From sequence record SRR20825019_200: 64,000 bases of DNA, one strand, 5' to 3'. A model generated the notes under the pieces. It saw only the letters and a list, made by a program, of their open reading frames with translations, was not told the origin of the DNA and searched no databases. Position numbers and translations under genes: made by a program. Positions 50,560 through 60,396 of the stretch are shown piece after piece (the stretch's first letter is position 1; the number at the start of each line of letters is the position of its first letter).

Positions 50560-50597
50560 ACAGATATCGGCTAAATATACGATGAATTGAGCGGATT

Positions 50598-51044
50598 ATG
50601 AGTCGAACACGGAAACTGGATCCTGTGATTGATATGGCCCGTAAGGCCACCGAGTCAGAGCTCATTAAACTGGGTGAGCACAATGCCTTACTGCAGCGCG
50701 AGCAGAATCAGCTTGATGATCTGATTCAGTATCGTGAGGAATACCTGTCACGTTTCCGTCAGGGTGACCCGATGCAGATGTCAGCCAAAAAAGCCCTCGA
50801 TCTGCGAGGCTTCCTGGCGCAGTTGGATCAAGCCATCCAGGCGCAGCAACTTCAGGTGAATCAGAGCCGCCAGGTGGTCGACCGCCAGCAGCAAAACTGG
50901 TTCCAGGCGCGCAATAAAGAACAGGCGCTGGATTCTCTGATGGCCCGATATCGTGCCGATGAAGACGTTAAACAGCAGCGTCGGGAACAGCGCGAGAATG
51001 ATGAACATACCAACGCCATGTGGCTGCGTTCACGGCGTGACTGA
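50598..51044 (+). CDS. fliJ: FliJ
   Basis: Coiled coil with QYREEY, FLAQLDQAI, RREQRENDE; located after fliI. Confidence 0.92.
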   Translation: MSRTRKLDPVIDMARKATESELIKLGEHNALLQREQNQLDDLIQYREEYLSRFRQGDPMQMSAKKALDLRGFLAQLDQAIQAQQLQVNQSRQVVDRQQQNWFQARNKEQALDSLMARYRADEDVKQQRREQRENDEHTNAMWLRSRRD

Positions 51045-51093
51045 ACCTTAATTGAACACAATCCCCTTCCGCTAAAAACTGTAAAAAAAGCAG

Positions 51094-51120
51094 TCATCTT
51101 TTTCTTCCTGCTGCCGATAA
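51094..51120 (+). promoter_or_regulatory. sigma28 promoter of the chemosensory operon
   Basis: TCATCTTT-N11-GCCGATAA (perfect -10). Confidence 0.72.
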
Positions 51121-51181
51121 TGATGGTTGTAAGCAGTGCCCTGAAATCAGGGCTTTGCTGAAACCGGCAAGGAGCGAAGAA

Positions 51182-51349
51182 ATGTCTGCAGCACAAAGAG
51201 AGGATCAGCATCAGGCTGACAAGCCTGCGATGTCACTTCCGCTGTTCAAGCCCAACCAGAGCCTTTTCTATCTGCAGGCCAAGTCGAGTTGGCATCAGCG
51301 CTGGCAGCACGTTATTGAACAGTGCAGTGCTTGTTTTATCCGTTATTGA
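51182..51349 (+). CDS. Candidate 55-aa small protein of unknown function
   Basis: AAGGAG RBS 7 nt before the ATG; stop codon 6 nt before the STAS gene; no family recognised. Confidence 0.4.
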   Translation: MSAAQREDQHQADKPAMSLPLFKPNQSLFYLQAKSSWHQRWQHVIEQCSACFIRY

Positions 51350-51355
51350 GCAGGG

Positions 51356-51643
51356 ATGCGTATGAACAGTATTAGTGACATTCAATGCGGCGAACAACTG
51401 ACTATTGCCCAATGTGCAGAGGTTTATATGCAGTTACAGGCTGCGATGGCTGAAGGGCAGGCCGTGAATATTGATACAAGCCAACTGCAGCGGGTCGATA
51501 CCGCGGCCTTACAACTGTTCTATAGTTTCCAGCGTGATGCCCGGGCGCAGGGACTGGTGACGATATGGTCAGAACCCAGTAAGTTTTTTTGTGATGCAGT
51601 CGATATATTGGGCATGGACGCATTTTATCGGCACAATGATTAG
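51356..51643 (+). CDS. STAS-domain protein
   Basis: LTIAQ, IDTSQLQRVDTAALQL; typical position upstream of cheY-cheA. Confidence 0.85.
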   Translation: MRMNSISDIQCGEQLTIAQCAEVYMQLQAAMAEGQAVNIDTSQLQRVDTAALQLFYSFQRDARAQGLVTIWSEPSKFFCDAVDILGMDAFYRHND

Positions 51644-51678
51644 TATTGGTCCGAGTCATTAAAGGGAGTGACATTGTT

Positions 51679-52041
51679 ATGGCAAACATATTGGCAGTAG
51701 ATGACTCTGCTTCGATGCGGCAAATGGTCGCTTTTACGCTCAAAGGCGCTGGACATGTGGTGACCGATGCGGAAGACGGTAAACACGCACTTGAAATTGC
51801 CAGACAGAAAACATTTGATCTGGTACTGACCGACGTCAATATGCCGGTCATGGACGGCCTGAGTCTGACCCGTGAGTTACGTCAGCTGCCGAACTATCGC
51901 TTCACCCCTATTCTGGTTCTGACCACCGAAGCGGGCCCGGATAAAAAACAGGAAGGCCGTGCCGCCGGGGCGACCGGCTGGCTGGTCAAGCCGTTCAATC
52001 CGGAACAACTGCTCGCCACAGTCAAGAAAGTGCTGGGCTGA
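51679..52041 (+). CDS. cheY: CheY
   Basis: ILAVDDSASMRQMV, TDVNMP, LTTE, GWLVKPF. Confidence 0.96.
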   Translation: MANILAVDDSASMRQMVAFTLKGAGHVVTDAEDGKHALEIARQKTFDLVLTDVNMPVMDGLSLTRELRQLPNYRFTPILVLTTEAGPDKKQEGRAAGATGWLVKPFNPEQLLATVKKVLG

Positions 52042-52071
52042 GTTTTTTAAGTTATTGAGTCGGAGTCGGTC

Positions 52072-54105
52072 ATGAGCATTGATGTCTCCCAGTTTCATCA
52101 GGTGTTTTTCGAAGAGAGTTTCGAAGGGCTTGATGCCATGGAAATGGGACTCCTGGGCATGCAGGACGGGTCACCTGATGCCGAGACCATCAATACCATT
52201 TTCCGCGCTGCGCACTCTATTAAAGGCGGTGCCGGGACTTTCGGTTTCAGTCAGGTTTCTGAGTTCACCCATGGTCTGGAAACACTGCTTGACCAGATGC
52301 GTAACGGCGAGCGTGATGTCAGCCAGCCAGCGATCAATAGCCTGCTGCAGGCAGTCGATGTGCTCCGCGACATGCTGACCGCAGTACAGCAAAACAACGC
52401 TATTGATACTGACAGCGCTGACTCGGTGAGTCAGCAGATTCTGGCTTTACTGCAAACAGACAGGCCTGCATCCGTTGAAGTTGATACCCCGGTCGCTGCG
52501 CTGACTCAGTCTGAAGGTTGGCAAATTCATTTCAAACCCCACCCGCATTTGTTGCAAACCGGTAACGACCCGGTGCGCATACTGCATGAACTGGCCGAAC
52601 TCGGTGACCTGTCGGTTGAGCTCGATAGTTCGGCATTGCCGGCATTCACTGCATTGGAGCCCGAAGACTGTTACCTTGCATGGACTCTGGAATTGCGGGG
52701 TAATGTCACGCTGGAACAGATCAACGAAATTTTCGAGTGGGTTGAGGGTGACTGTGAGTTAAGCATTATTCCGCTGGCAGAGGAAAATGCTGCAGAACCG
52801 ACGGCTAAATCCGGACAACTTAGCGACGAAAAGATAGCTACGCCCCCCCCTTCCGCAGCCGTTCCTGCCTCTGAAGCTAAAAAAACTACCACTGACACAG
52901 CGATGTCGTCGATCCGTGTCGGGACCGATAAGGTCGATTCTCTGATCAATCTGGTGGGAGAACTGGTTATTACCCAGTCGATGCTGAGCCAGTTGGGTGA
53001 GAATTTTGATCTCAGCCGTATGCAGCAATTAATTGATGGCCTGGAACAACTGGAGCGAAACACCCGTGAACTGCAGGATGGCATTATGCGCATTCGCATG
53101 TTGCCTATCAGCTTCGCTTTCAACCGTTTCCCGAGGCTGGTTCATGATCTCAGTGCCAAAATGGGCAAGCAGGTTGAACTCAAACTGAGCGGTGAGCAGA
53201 CCGAACTCGACAAGACCGTGATGGAAAAGATCGGTGATCCGCTGGTGCACCTGGTGCGTAATTCCCTCGATCATGGTCTGGAAACGCCGGAAAAACGCCT
53301 CGCCGCAGGCAAGCCGGAAACGGGTTTCCTTCACCTCAATGCCTACCACCAGGGCGGCACGATTGTGATTGAAATCAGTGATGATGGTGCGGGACTCAAT
53401 GAGGAAAAAATCCTTAGCAAAGCGATTGAACGTGGTCTGGTTGCCATCGATGACAATCTGACACCGGACAAAATTCACGAACTGATCTTTATGCCCGGCT
53501 TTTCCACCGCGGATGTCGTCAATGATGTTTCAGGCCGTGGTGTCGGAATGGATGTGGTACGAAAAAATATCCACAGTCTGGGTGGCAGTGTTGAGGTCAG
53601 TTCGACTGCCGGTGTGGGGTCGACCTTCACTATCCGCTTGCCGCTGACACTGGCGATTATGGATGGGCAGACCATTCAGGTCGGTGATCAGCGTTATATC
53701 ATTCCACTTACTGCCATCATTGAATCGGTCGAGATTAAACCCGGTACGGTCAAACATGTGACTGGCAAAGGCGAGGTTTACAGTCTGCGTGATGAATACC
53801 TGCCGATTATCCGCCTTTATCAATTGTTCAATCTCACGCCACGCAGTGAACAACTGGAAGAGGGGTTACTGGTGGTGGTCGAGTTTGAAGACCAAAAAGT
53901 CGGTCTGCTTGTGGATGAGTTACTGGCGCAGCAGCAGGTGGTGATTAAGAGCCTGGAAACCAACTATCGCAAAGTCACCGGTATGGCCGGCGCCACCATT
54001 CTCGGTGATGGCACGGTGGCTTTGATTCTCGATATTTCAGGCTTATTGGCTTTGTATCGCAACCCGTCGCTTGCCCGTATTTCGACAAGCATTCGGGCAG
54101 CCTAG
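52072..54105 (+). CDS. cheA: CheA
   Basis: IFRAAHSIKGGA, HLVRNSLDHG, GRGVGMDVV, C-terminal CheW-like domain. Confidence 0.97.
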   Translation: MSIDVSQFHQVFFEESFEGLDAMEMGLLGMQDGSPDAETINTIFRAAHSIKGGAGTFGFSQVSEFTHGLETLLDQMRNGERDVSQPAINSLLQAVDVLRDMLTAVQQNNAIDTDSADSVSQQILALLQTDRPASVEVDTPVAALTQSEGWQIHFKPHPHLLQTGNDPVRILHELAELGDLSVELDSSALPAFTALEPEDCYLAWTLELRGNVTLEQINEIFEWVEGDCELSIIPLAEENAAEPTAKSGQLSDEKIATPPPSAAVPASEAKKTTTDTAMSSIRVGTDKVDSLINLVGELVITQSMLSQLGENFDLSRMQQLIDGLEQLERNTRELQDGIMRIRMLPISFAFNRFPRLVHDLSAKMGKQVELKLSGEQTELDKTVMEKIGDPLVHLVRNSLDHGLETPEKRLAAGKPETGFLHLNAYHQGGTIVIEISDDGAGLNEEKILSKAIERGLVAIDDNLTPDKIHELIFMPGFSTADVVNDVSGRGVGMDVVRKNIHSLGGSVEVSSTAGVGSTFTIRLPLTLAIMDGQTIQVGDQRYIIPLTAIIESVEIKPGTVKHVTGKGEVYSLRDEYLPIIRLYQLFNLTPRSEQLEEGLLVVVEFEDQKVGLLVDELLAQQQVVIKSLETNYRKVTGMAGATILGDGTVALILDISGLLALYRNPSLARISTSIRAA

Positions 54106-54113
54106 GATCGATC

Positions 54114-54620
54114 ATGATAGAGCTCAGCCAAACTAACGAAATTCTGGATATGTTCGATGTGATGGGTAGCGTTGAAGCCGGGATGCAGCAATTTCTGACT
54201 TTTGAACTCAACAAGGAACATTACGGTGTCGAAATCCTGCGGGTACAGGAAATCAAAGGATGGGACCCTGTCACCCCGATCCCCAATACGCCCCCCTATC
54301 TCTGTGGTGTATTGAATCTGCGCGGGGCCATCGTACCGATTGTCGATCTGCGCTTGTTCTTTGGTATGCCGTTTGAGCCCTATACCAAGACCACCGTTGT
54401 GGTGGTGCTCAAAGTGCAGGATGTCACCCAGCGCACCGTGGGGATTGTCGTTGATGCTGTGTCGGATGCCCACAATGTGCATCCGGATGAGATTCAGCCG
54501 GCGCCTGATTTTGGCGAGCAAGTCAGTACCGGGTTTATTAGCGGCATCACCCGCATGAATGACAATATGGTCATGTTGCTGGATATCGATAAATTACTCA
54601 GCAGCGAACAGATTGGCTGA
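54114..54620 (+). CDS. cheW: CheW
   Basis: QFLTF..YGVEILRVQEI, GVLNLRGAIVPIVDLR. Confidence 0.96.
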   Translation: MIELSQTNEILDMFDVMGSVEAGMQQFLTFELNKEHYGVEILRVQEIKGWDPVTPIPNTPPYLCGVLNLRGAIVPIVDLRLFFGMPFEPYTKTTVVVVLKVQDVTQRTVGIVVDAVSDAHNVHPDEIQPAPDFGEQVSTGFISGITRMNDNMVMLLDIDKLLSSEQIG

Positions 54621-54622
54621 CG

Positions 54623-55399
54623 ATGGCACAAAACGCAGCCCGAATTATTGCGATCATGAACCAGAAAGGCGGTGTCGGTAAGACCACGACCACAGTCAAC
54701 CTGGGACATGCTTTGGCACTGGCCGGCCAGCGGGTCGCATTGCTGGATCTGGACCCGCAGGGACAGGTCGCCACCAGTCTGGGGTTTGACAATAATCAGC
54801 CGGGGCTGGACAGCGTGTTGCTGGATGGCACGGCGATTGACGATATTAAAATCCCGGCCCGTGACCGCTTGGATCTGATCGTTGCCGGCACCCGACTTAA
54901 CGAGTTTGAGCATACCAGTCAGGGTGGCATACAACGGGGGCATCGCTTGCGTGAAGCACTTCAGCAGTCGTCTTTGAATCAATATGATTATGTTTTGATT
55001 GATTGTCCGCCGTCCTCCGGTCTGCTTGGCGTCAATGCCATGTTTGCCGCCAGTGAACTGTTGATTCCGGTATCTGGTGATTATCTGTCATTGCAGGGGC
55101 TGTCGCGGATGATCCAGATTCTCAAACGGGCTGAAGAACTGGCCGGTCACCGGATTAAATTATGGCTGGTCTCCACCCGGATGCAGATGCGGCGAAAGCT
55201 GACCGAAGAGGTCAGAAACCGCATTCTGAAATATTTCCCCGGCCGGGTGTTTTTTACCCCGGTTCGGGAAAACGTCGCCCTGGCCGAGTGCCCTAGCTTT
55301 GGCAAAACCATTTTTGATTATCGAAAAAACAGTCCGGGCGCTGAGGATTATCTGTCTTTGGCGCAGGATGTTATGAGTGGGAGAGCAGCTGATGGCTGA
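54623..55399 (+). CDS. ParA-family ATPase (PpfA/ParC-like array positioning)
   Basis: [31 protein letters not shown]; lies inside a che operon with no parB. Confidence 0.88.
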   Translation: MAQNAARIIAIMNQKGGVGKTTTTVNLGHALALAGQRVALLDLDPQGQVATSLGFDNNQPGLDSVLLDGTAIDDIKIPARDRLDLIVAGTRLNEFEHTSQGGIQRGHRLREALQQSSLNQYDYVLIDCPPSSGLLGVNAMFAASELLIPVSGDYLSLQGLSRMIQILKRAEELAGHRIKLWLVSTRMQMRRKLTEEVRNRILKYFPGRVFFTPVRENVALAECPSFGKTIFDYRKNSPGAEDYLSLAQDVMSGRAADG

Positions 55400-57779
55400 G
55401 AACAAACAAGCGATGGGCAATGACCCGCTGGCCTGGCTGGTAGAGCAAGAGGATGTTGATGTGGCCGAGACCGCGGTATCAGAAAAGACTGAAAAAAACC
55501 GCAAAAAAACAGTCACCGACACTCAAGAAAAAGCCGAAAAAACCGATACTGAAATGGTAGAACAGAGCTTCGCGCAACTGGCGGGCCAGGGTGAGCAGTT
55601 GGTCAAAGCATTTTATGAGCATCTGTTTGTGCATAACCCGGAACTAAAGCCTCTGTTTGAAGGTGTCTCCACCCCAGGTCAGCAAAAAAAACTGCTGGCA
55701 GCCTTAATGCTGCTGGTCAACAACCTGCGTAAACCGGAGATTTTGCAGGACTATCTCAAAGGGCTTGGCAACCGTCATCAAAGCTATGGTGTCAGGGCCG
55801 AAGATTACGACAAAGTCAAAGCCAGCTTGTTGTTTGTGATGAGCCGGCTGGCAGGTGATAACTGGACGGAATCAGTTGAAAACGCCTGGCGTAATACTTT
55901 GAATGCGGTCGCTCAGCAGATGCTGGGCGCTTATGATTCGCTGGAGGAATCCGATATGGCAGTCACATCGGTCAAACAAGAAAATGATTTCACAAATGTG
56001 ATGGCAAAAGCCCTGGATGGCGCTGTCACTGCCATTATGATGGTGGACAGGGATTTCACAATCACCTACGCCAACCAGTCTACGCTGGATATGCTGGCCG
56101 AACATGAAGACACCTTGAGGCACGCCTTTCCCGCCTTCAGCGTAAAAAGTCTGGTCGGTTCCAATATTGATGATTTTCATAAAAATCCAAGGCATCAGCG
56201 TCAGTTGTTGAGTGACCCGGGAAACCTGCCTTACACCGCTGATATCAAAGTCGGCCCGTTGGCCTTCAGGCTTAATGTGACCGCCATGTTTGATGATAGC
56301 GATGATTACATCGGCAACATGTTGGAGTGGCACAACATTACCGAAGAGAAGCTGCGTAATGCCGATATTCATGGCCAGTTCGAAGCGATTAATAAAGCGA
56401 TGGGGGTTATCAGCTTTAATATGGATGGCACCATCGTCGATATTAACGAGAACTTCCTCAATGTGGTGGGCTACAGTCGTGATGAGGTGGTCGGTAAGCA
56501 TCACCGGATGTTTGCTGAATCAGCGCTTGCTAATAGTGCTGCATATTCCGAGTTCTGGGCCAAGCTCAACCGGGGTGAATTTGACAGTGGTGAATATAAA
56601 CGGGTGGGCAAAGATGGGCGTGAAATCTGGCTACAGGCCAGTTATAACCCGGTTCTGGATTTAAACGGCAAGCCCTACAAAGTCGTTAAATACGCCGCGG
56701 ATATCACTGAACAGAAACAATTACAGATGACCGTGGAATCGGTACTGGAATCAACCGCCGTGATAATGAATGCGATGGCTGAGGGTGACCTGACTAAACT
56801 GATGGAAGGGGAATACGACGGTGAGTTTGCCCTGTTGCAGCAGGCTATCAACGGTACCGTCAACAAGATGTCCTCGGTCGTACAGGACATTACTGAAGCA
56901 TCGATCAATATCTCTGCGGCTGCCAGTGAAATTTCCCAGGGTAATGTCGATCTGAGTCAGCGTACCGAAGAGCAGGCCTCTTCGCTGGAAGAGACAGCGT
57001 CCAGTATGGAAGAACTGACCAGTACGGTCAGACAGAATTCCGACAATGCCCGTCAGGCCAATCAGTTGGCGGTGGATGCGCGTGAAAAAGCGGAAAAAGG
57101 AGGGGCGGTCATCCAGAATGCCATTCAGGCAATGGCAGCGATCAGTGCTTCAAGTAAGAAAGTCGCTGACATTATAGGCGTGATTGACGAAATTGCTTTC
57201 CAGACCAACCTGCTGGCACTTAATGCGGCCGTCGAAGCAGCCCGTGCTGGAGAACAGGGCCGCGGCTTTGCTGTGGTGGCCTCTGAAGTGCGAAATCTGG
57301 CACAGCGCTCAGCCGCTGCAGCCAAGGAAATCAAGGAGCTCATCAACGACAGCGGCGAGAAAGTGAAAGAAGGTTCCGCTCTGGTCGATGAATCCGGCAG
57401 AACGCTGGAAGAGATTGTTGAAGGCGCCAAGAAAGTCGGCGATATTATTTCTGAAATTGCCGCAGCTGGCATCGAGCAGACTTCGGGGATTGAGCAGGTC
57501 AATAAAGCCGTCACTCAGATGGATGAGATGACCCAGCAGAATGCGGCGCTGGTGGAACAAGCGGCGGCCGCCAGTGAGTCGCTCGACGAGCAGGGACAGA
57601 GCCTGCAACAGATGATGGCATTCTTTCATACGGGGCAGGAAATGGCACGTCCGCCACAACAGGCGCCGACTGCTGCCCGTCCCCAGCCTAAACAAAGACC
57701 TGCGGCAAGACCGGAGCGTCCCGTGTTTGGACGTCAGGCATTGGCAAAGCAGGATGATGATGAATGGGATGAGTTTTAG
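55392..57779 (+). CDS. Cytoplasmic chemoreceptor: globin-PAS-PAS-HAMP-MA (Aer2-like)
   Basis: No TM segment; globin (FY..LF..NPE.KPLF, QQKKL, LGNRH..YGV); PAS with [11 protein letters not shown] and terminal W; second PAS ([16 protein letters not shown]); [31 protein letters not shown]-terminal EWDEF. Confidence 0.92.
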   Translation: MAENKQAMGNDPLAWLVEQEDVDVAETAVSEKTEKNRKKTVTDTQEKAEKTDTEMVEQSFAQLAGQGEQLVKAFYEHLFVHNPELKPLFEGVSTPGQQKKLLAALMLLVNNLRKPEILQDYLKGLGNRHQSYGVRAEDYDKVKASLLFVMSRLAGDNWTESVENAWRNTLNAVAQQMLGAYDSLEESDMAVTSVKQENDFTNVMAKALDGAVTAIMMVDRDFTITYANQSTLDMLAEHEDTLRHAFPAFSVKSLVGSNIDDFHKNPRHQRQLLSDPGNLPYTADIKVGPLAFRLNVTAMFDDSDDYIGNMLEWHNITEEKLRNADIHGQFEAINKAMGVISFNMDGTIVDINENFLNVVGYSRDEVVGKHHRMFAESALANSAAYSEFWAKLNRGEFDSGEYKRVGKDGREIWLQASYNPVLDLNGKPYKVVKYAADITEQKQLQMTVESVLESTAVIMNAMAEGDLTKLMEGEYDGEFALLQQAINGTVNKMSSVVQDITEASINISAAASEISQGNVDLSQRTEEQASSLEETASSMEELTSTVRQNSDNARQANQLAVDAREKAEKGGAVIQNAIQAMAAISASSKKVADIIGVIDEIAFQTNLLALNAAVEAARAGEQGRGFAVVASEVRNLAQRSAAAAKEIKELINDSGEKVKEGSALVDESGRTLEEIVEGAKKVGDIISEIAAAGIEQTSGIEQVNKAVTQMDEMTQQNAALVEQAAAASESLDEQGQSLQQMMAFFHTGQEMARPPQQAPTAARPQPKQRPAARPERPVFGRQALAKQDDDEWDEF

Positions 57780-57784
57780 TTGAT

Positions 57785-57813
57785 AAGCCGGGCAGACGGG
57801 GACTGCCCGGTTT
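57785..57813 (+). terminator. Hairpin between the receptor gene and cheR (weak terminator or mRNA stabiliser)
   Basis: AAGCCGGGCAG-N7-CTGCCCGGTTT with only a short U tail. Confidence 0.5.
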
Positions 57814-57828
57814 CAATACGAAGGAACG

Positions 57829-58668
57829 ATGATGAGCGGTGTGCTCGGGCGCGAATTCACATTTTCTGACAGACAGTTCAAACGGCTGCGTGTTTTTGTG
57901 GCCCAACAGACCGGTATTGCACTGACAGAAGCAAAAAAAGATATGGTCTACGGCCGTCTGTCAAAACGCATTCGTGCCAATTTCGACGGTAACTTTCAGG
58001 CATTTTGTGATGCCATTGAAAACGGTGATGCGCAGGAACAGGACTTTCTGATTAACGCCATTACCACCAACCTGACAGCGTTTTTCCGTGAAGCTCATCA
58101 TTTTGATTATCTGCGTGGGCGGCTGCTGCCTGATCTGATGCGGCGAAATGCAGCGAGCCGTAAATTGCGGATCTGGTCTGCCGGTTGCTCAACCGGTGAA
58201 GAACCTTACAGCATCGCGATGTGCCTGGCCGCTGAAAAACAGCTGGCAGACTGGGATATTAAAATTCTGGCGACCGATCTGGATGCCAATGTACTGAAGC
58301 ATGCCGAAGCGGGTATCTACTCCGAGGACAGGCTCAGCAAATTACCGGAACAGGAACGGCAATGGTTTCAGCGCGGCCGGGGCAGTAAGGCCGGTCTGGT
58401 CAGGCTGAAGCCGGCGCTGAGGCAGCGAGTGACTTTCAAGCGGCTGAACCTCCTGAACGACTGGCCGATGCGGGGCCCATTTGACCTGATTTTCTGCCGT
58501 AATGTCGTGATCTATTTTGATAAATCGACGCAGACCCGCCTGTTCGATCGTTTTGCTGACTTACTGGTGCCGGATGGACAACTGTTTATCGGCCATTCCG
58601 AGACACTCTATAAAGTCACTGATCGCTTCACCTCATTGGGAAATACTATCTACAGGCGGACGTACTGA
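57829..58668 (+). CDS. cheR: CheR
   Basis: NAITTNLTAFFRE.HHF, IWSAGCSTGEEPYS, IFCRNV.IYFD. Confidence 0.97.
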   Translation: MMSGVLGREFTFSDRQFKRLRVFVAQQTGIALTEAKKDMVYGRLSKRIRANFDGNFQAFCDAIENGDAQEQDFLINAITTNLTAFFREAHHFDYLRGRLLPDLMRRNAASRKLRIWSAGCSTGEEPYSIAMCLAAEKQLADWDIKILATDLDANVLKHAEAGIYSEDRLSKLPEQERQWFQRGRGSKAGLVRLKPALRQRVTFKRLNLLNDWPMRGPFDLIFCRNVVIYFDKSTQTRLFDRFADLLVPDGQLFIGHSETLYKVTDRFTSLGNTIYRRTY

Positions 58669-59291
58669 TGCTGGCACGGTCATTACAGCCCGCACCGCTG
58701 CCGGGTTTTGAACATATTAACCGCTACTGGGACCGTCATCATACTTGCTGGGCGGCCAAACTCCTGCCTGGTGAGTTTTATGTCACCACCGAACCGGATG
58801 AAATCATCTGTACTACACTGGGTTCCTGTGTGTCAGCCTGCATTCGCGACCCGCAAGCCGGTGTGGCGGGAATGAACCACTTTATGTTGCCGAGCAGTTC
58901 GGAAGACAATCCCAGTTGGATGAATATGGCGACCCGTTTCGGCAGTGCCGCGATGGAATACCTGATTAATGAAATGCTCAAGCAGGGTGCCAGCAGGGAA
59001 ACCATGGAAGTCAAACTGGTGGGTGGCGGCCGCATTATTCGCAGCCTGTATGACGTGGGACTTCGCAATATCGACTTTGTACTCGAATATGCCCGATTAG
59101 AAGGACTCAACGTTCTGGCGAAAGATCTGGGTGATATTTATCCGCGCAAGGTGGTATTTCATCCTGACAGCGGCAGCATGCGGGTCAAGCGTTTACGCTC
59201 ACTGCATAACGACACCCTAATTCAGCGCGAACAGCATTATGTTGCCGAACTGGAAACCCAACCGGTGGCCGGCGATGTTGAGTTGTTTTAG
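58668..59291 (+). CDS. cheD: CheD
   Basis: [26 protein letters not shown]. Confidence 0.96.
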   Translation: MLARSLQPAPLPGFEHINRYWDRHHTCWAAKLLPGEFYVTTEPDEIICTTLGSCVSACIRDPQAGVAGMNHFMLPSSSEDNPSWMNMATRFGSAAMEYLINEMLKQGASRETMEVKLVGGGRIIRSLYDVGLRNIDFVLEYARLEGLNVLAKDLGDIYPRKVVFHPDSGSMRVKRLRSLHNDTLIQREQHYVAELETQPVAGDVELF

Positions 59292-59304
59292 GCAGGGGCC
59301 TGTC

Positions 59305-60369
59305 ATGAACCCGCTGAAAGTCATCGTGGTGGATGATTCTGCTTTGGTCAGGCAGCTTTTGAGTGAGATCCTCAACAGTGATCCGGCTATTGACGTGGTG
59401 GCAACGGCTGCAGACCCCTATCAGGCCCGTGAAAAAATCAAGCAATTCAATCCGGATGTGTTGACGCTGGATGTGGAAATGCCGCGCATGGATGGTGTCA
59501 CCTTTCTACGCAATCTGATGCGGCTGCGTCCGATGCCGGTAGTGATGGTCTCGACGCTGACCGAGAAAGGGGCGCAGGTCACGCTGGAAGCCTTGTCTCT
59601 GGGCGCTTTTGATTTTGTTGCCAAGCCCAAACTGGATCTGTCGCATACGCTGGAAGACTACGCCGAAGAGATTATTGCCAAGGTGAAGGCAGCGGCGGCC
59701 ATGCCGGTTTCTGCATTGACTCCCAGACCCGGCCTGCAGATCGAGCAAAAGCTCACTGCCGATGCGATTCTGGCAAAGGCCACAGGCACGACCTTGAAAA
59801 CCACAGACAAAATTATTGCTATCGGTGCCTCTACCGGTGGTACTGAGGCTATCAAGGAGGTGCTTTGTGCTTTACCGCCTTCGGCACCGGGTGTGGTGAT
59901 TACCCAGCATATTCCGGCGGCTTTCAGCGCTGCTTTTGCCAAGCGGGTGAATGGTCTGTCGCCGATGCAGGTTCGCCAGGCTGAAGACGGTGAGCAGATT
60001 CTTGCCGGGCATGTCTATATTGCGCCGGGAGACAAACACCTGCTGGTGGAACGCAGTGGTGCGCGCTATTACTGCCGGCTCAATGACGGGCCGCCGGTGT
60101 CACGTCACAAGCCCTCAGTGGATGTACTGTTCCGTTCTGTTGCTCAGCATGTCGGTCCCAATGCCATCGGTGTGATGCTGACAGGGATGGGGGATGATGG
60201 CGCACAGGGCATGCTGGAGATGAGACAGGCGGGGGCACAGAACCTGGTACAGGATGAAAAAAGCAGCATTGTCTGGGGTATGCCCGGTGCCGCTTTTAAG
60301 CTGGGTGCGGCAGAAAAAGCGATCAGCTTACAAAAAATCGCTGCAGAAATACTCAAATTGAGTCGATAA
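59305..60369 (+). CDS. cheB: CheB
   Basis: Receiver domain plus [28 protein letters not shown]. Confidence 0.97.
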   Translation: MNPLKVIVVDDSALVRQLLSEILNSDPAIDVVATAADPYQAREKIKQFNPDVLTLDVEMPRMDGVTFLRNLMRLRPMPVVMVSTLTEKGAQVTLEALSLGAFDFVAKPKLDLSHTLEDYAEEIIAKVKAAAAMPVSALTPRPGLQIEQKLTADAILAKATGTTLKTTDKIIAIGASTGGTEAIKEVLCALPPSAPGVVITQHIPAAFSAAFAKRVNGLSPMQVRQAEDGEQILAGHVYIAPGDKHLLVERSGARYYCRLNDGPPVSRHKPSVDVLFRSVAQHVGPNAIGVMLTGMGDDGAQGMLEMRQAGAQNLVQDEKSSIVWGMPGAAFKLGAAEKAISLQKIAAEILKLSR

Positions 60370-60396
60370 AGAAAAGGGATTCAGGGGTAAAAAGAC

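Noticed and set aside
52843-52850. C8 tract in cheA (also T8 at 27887-27894 and C7 at 8577-8583) as phase-variation switches
   Set aside because: The tracts are short, the reading frames are intact, and one sequence gives no evidence of length variation.
54623-55399. Chromosome or plasmid partition locus
   Set aside because: No parB, parS or rep gene; it lies inside a che operon.
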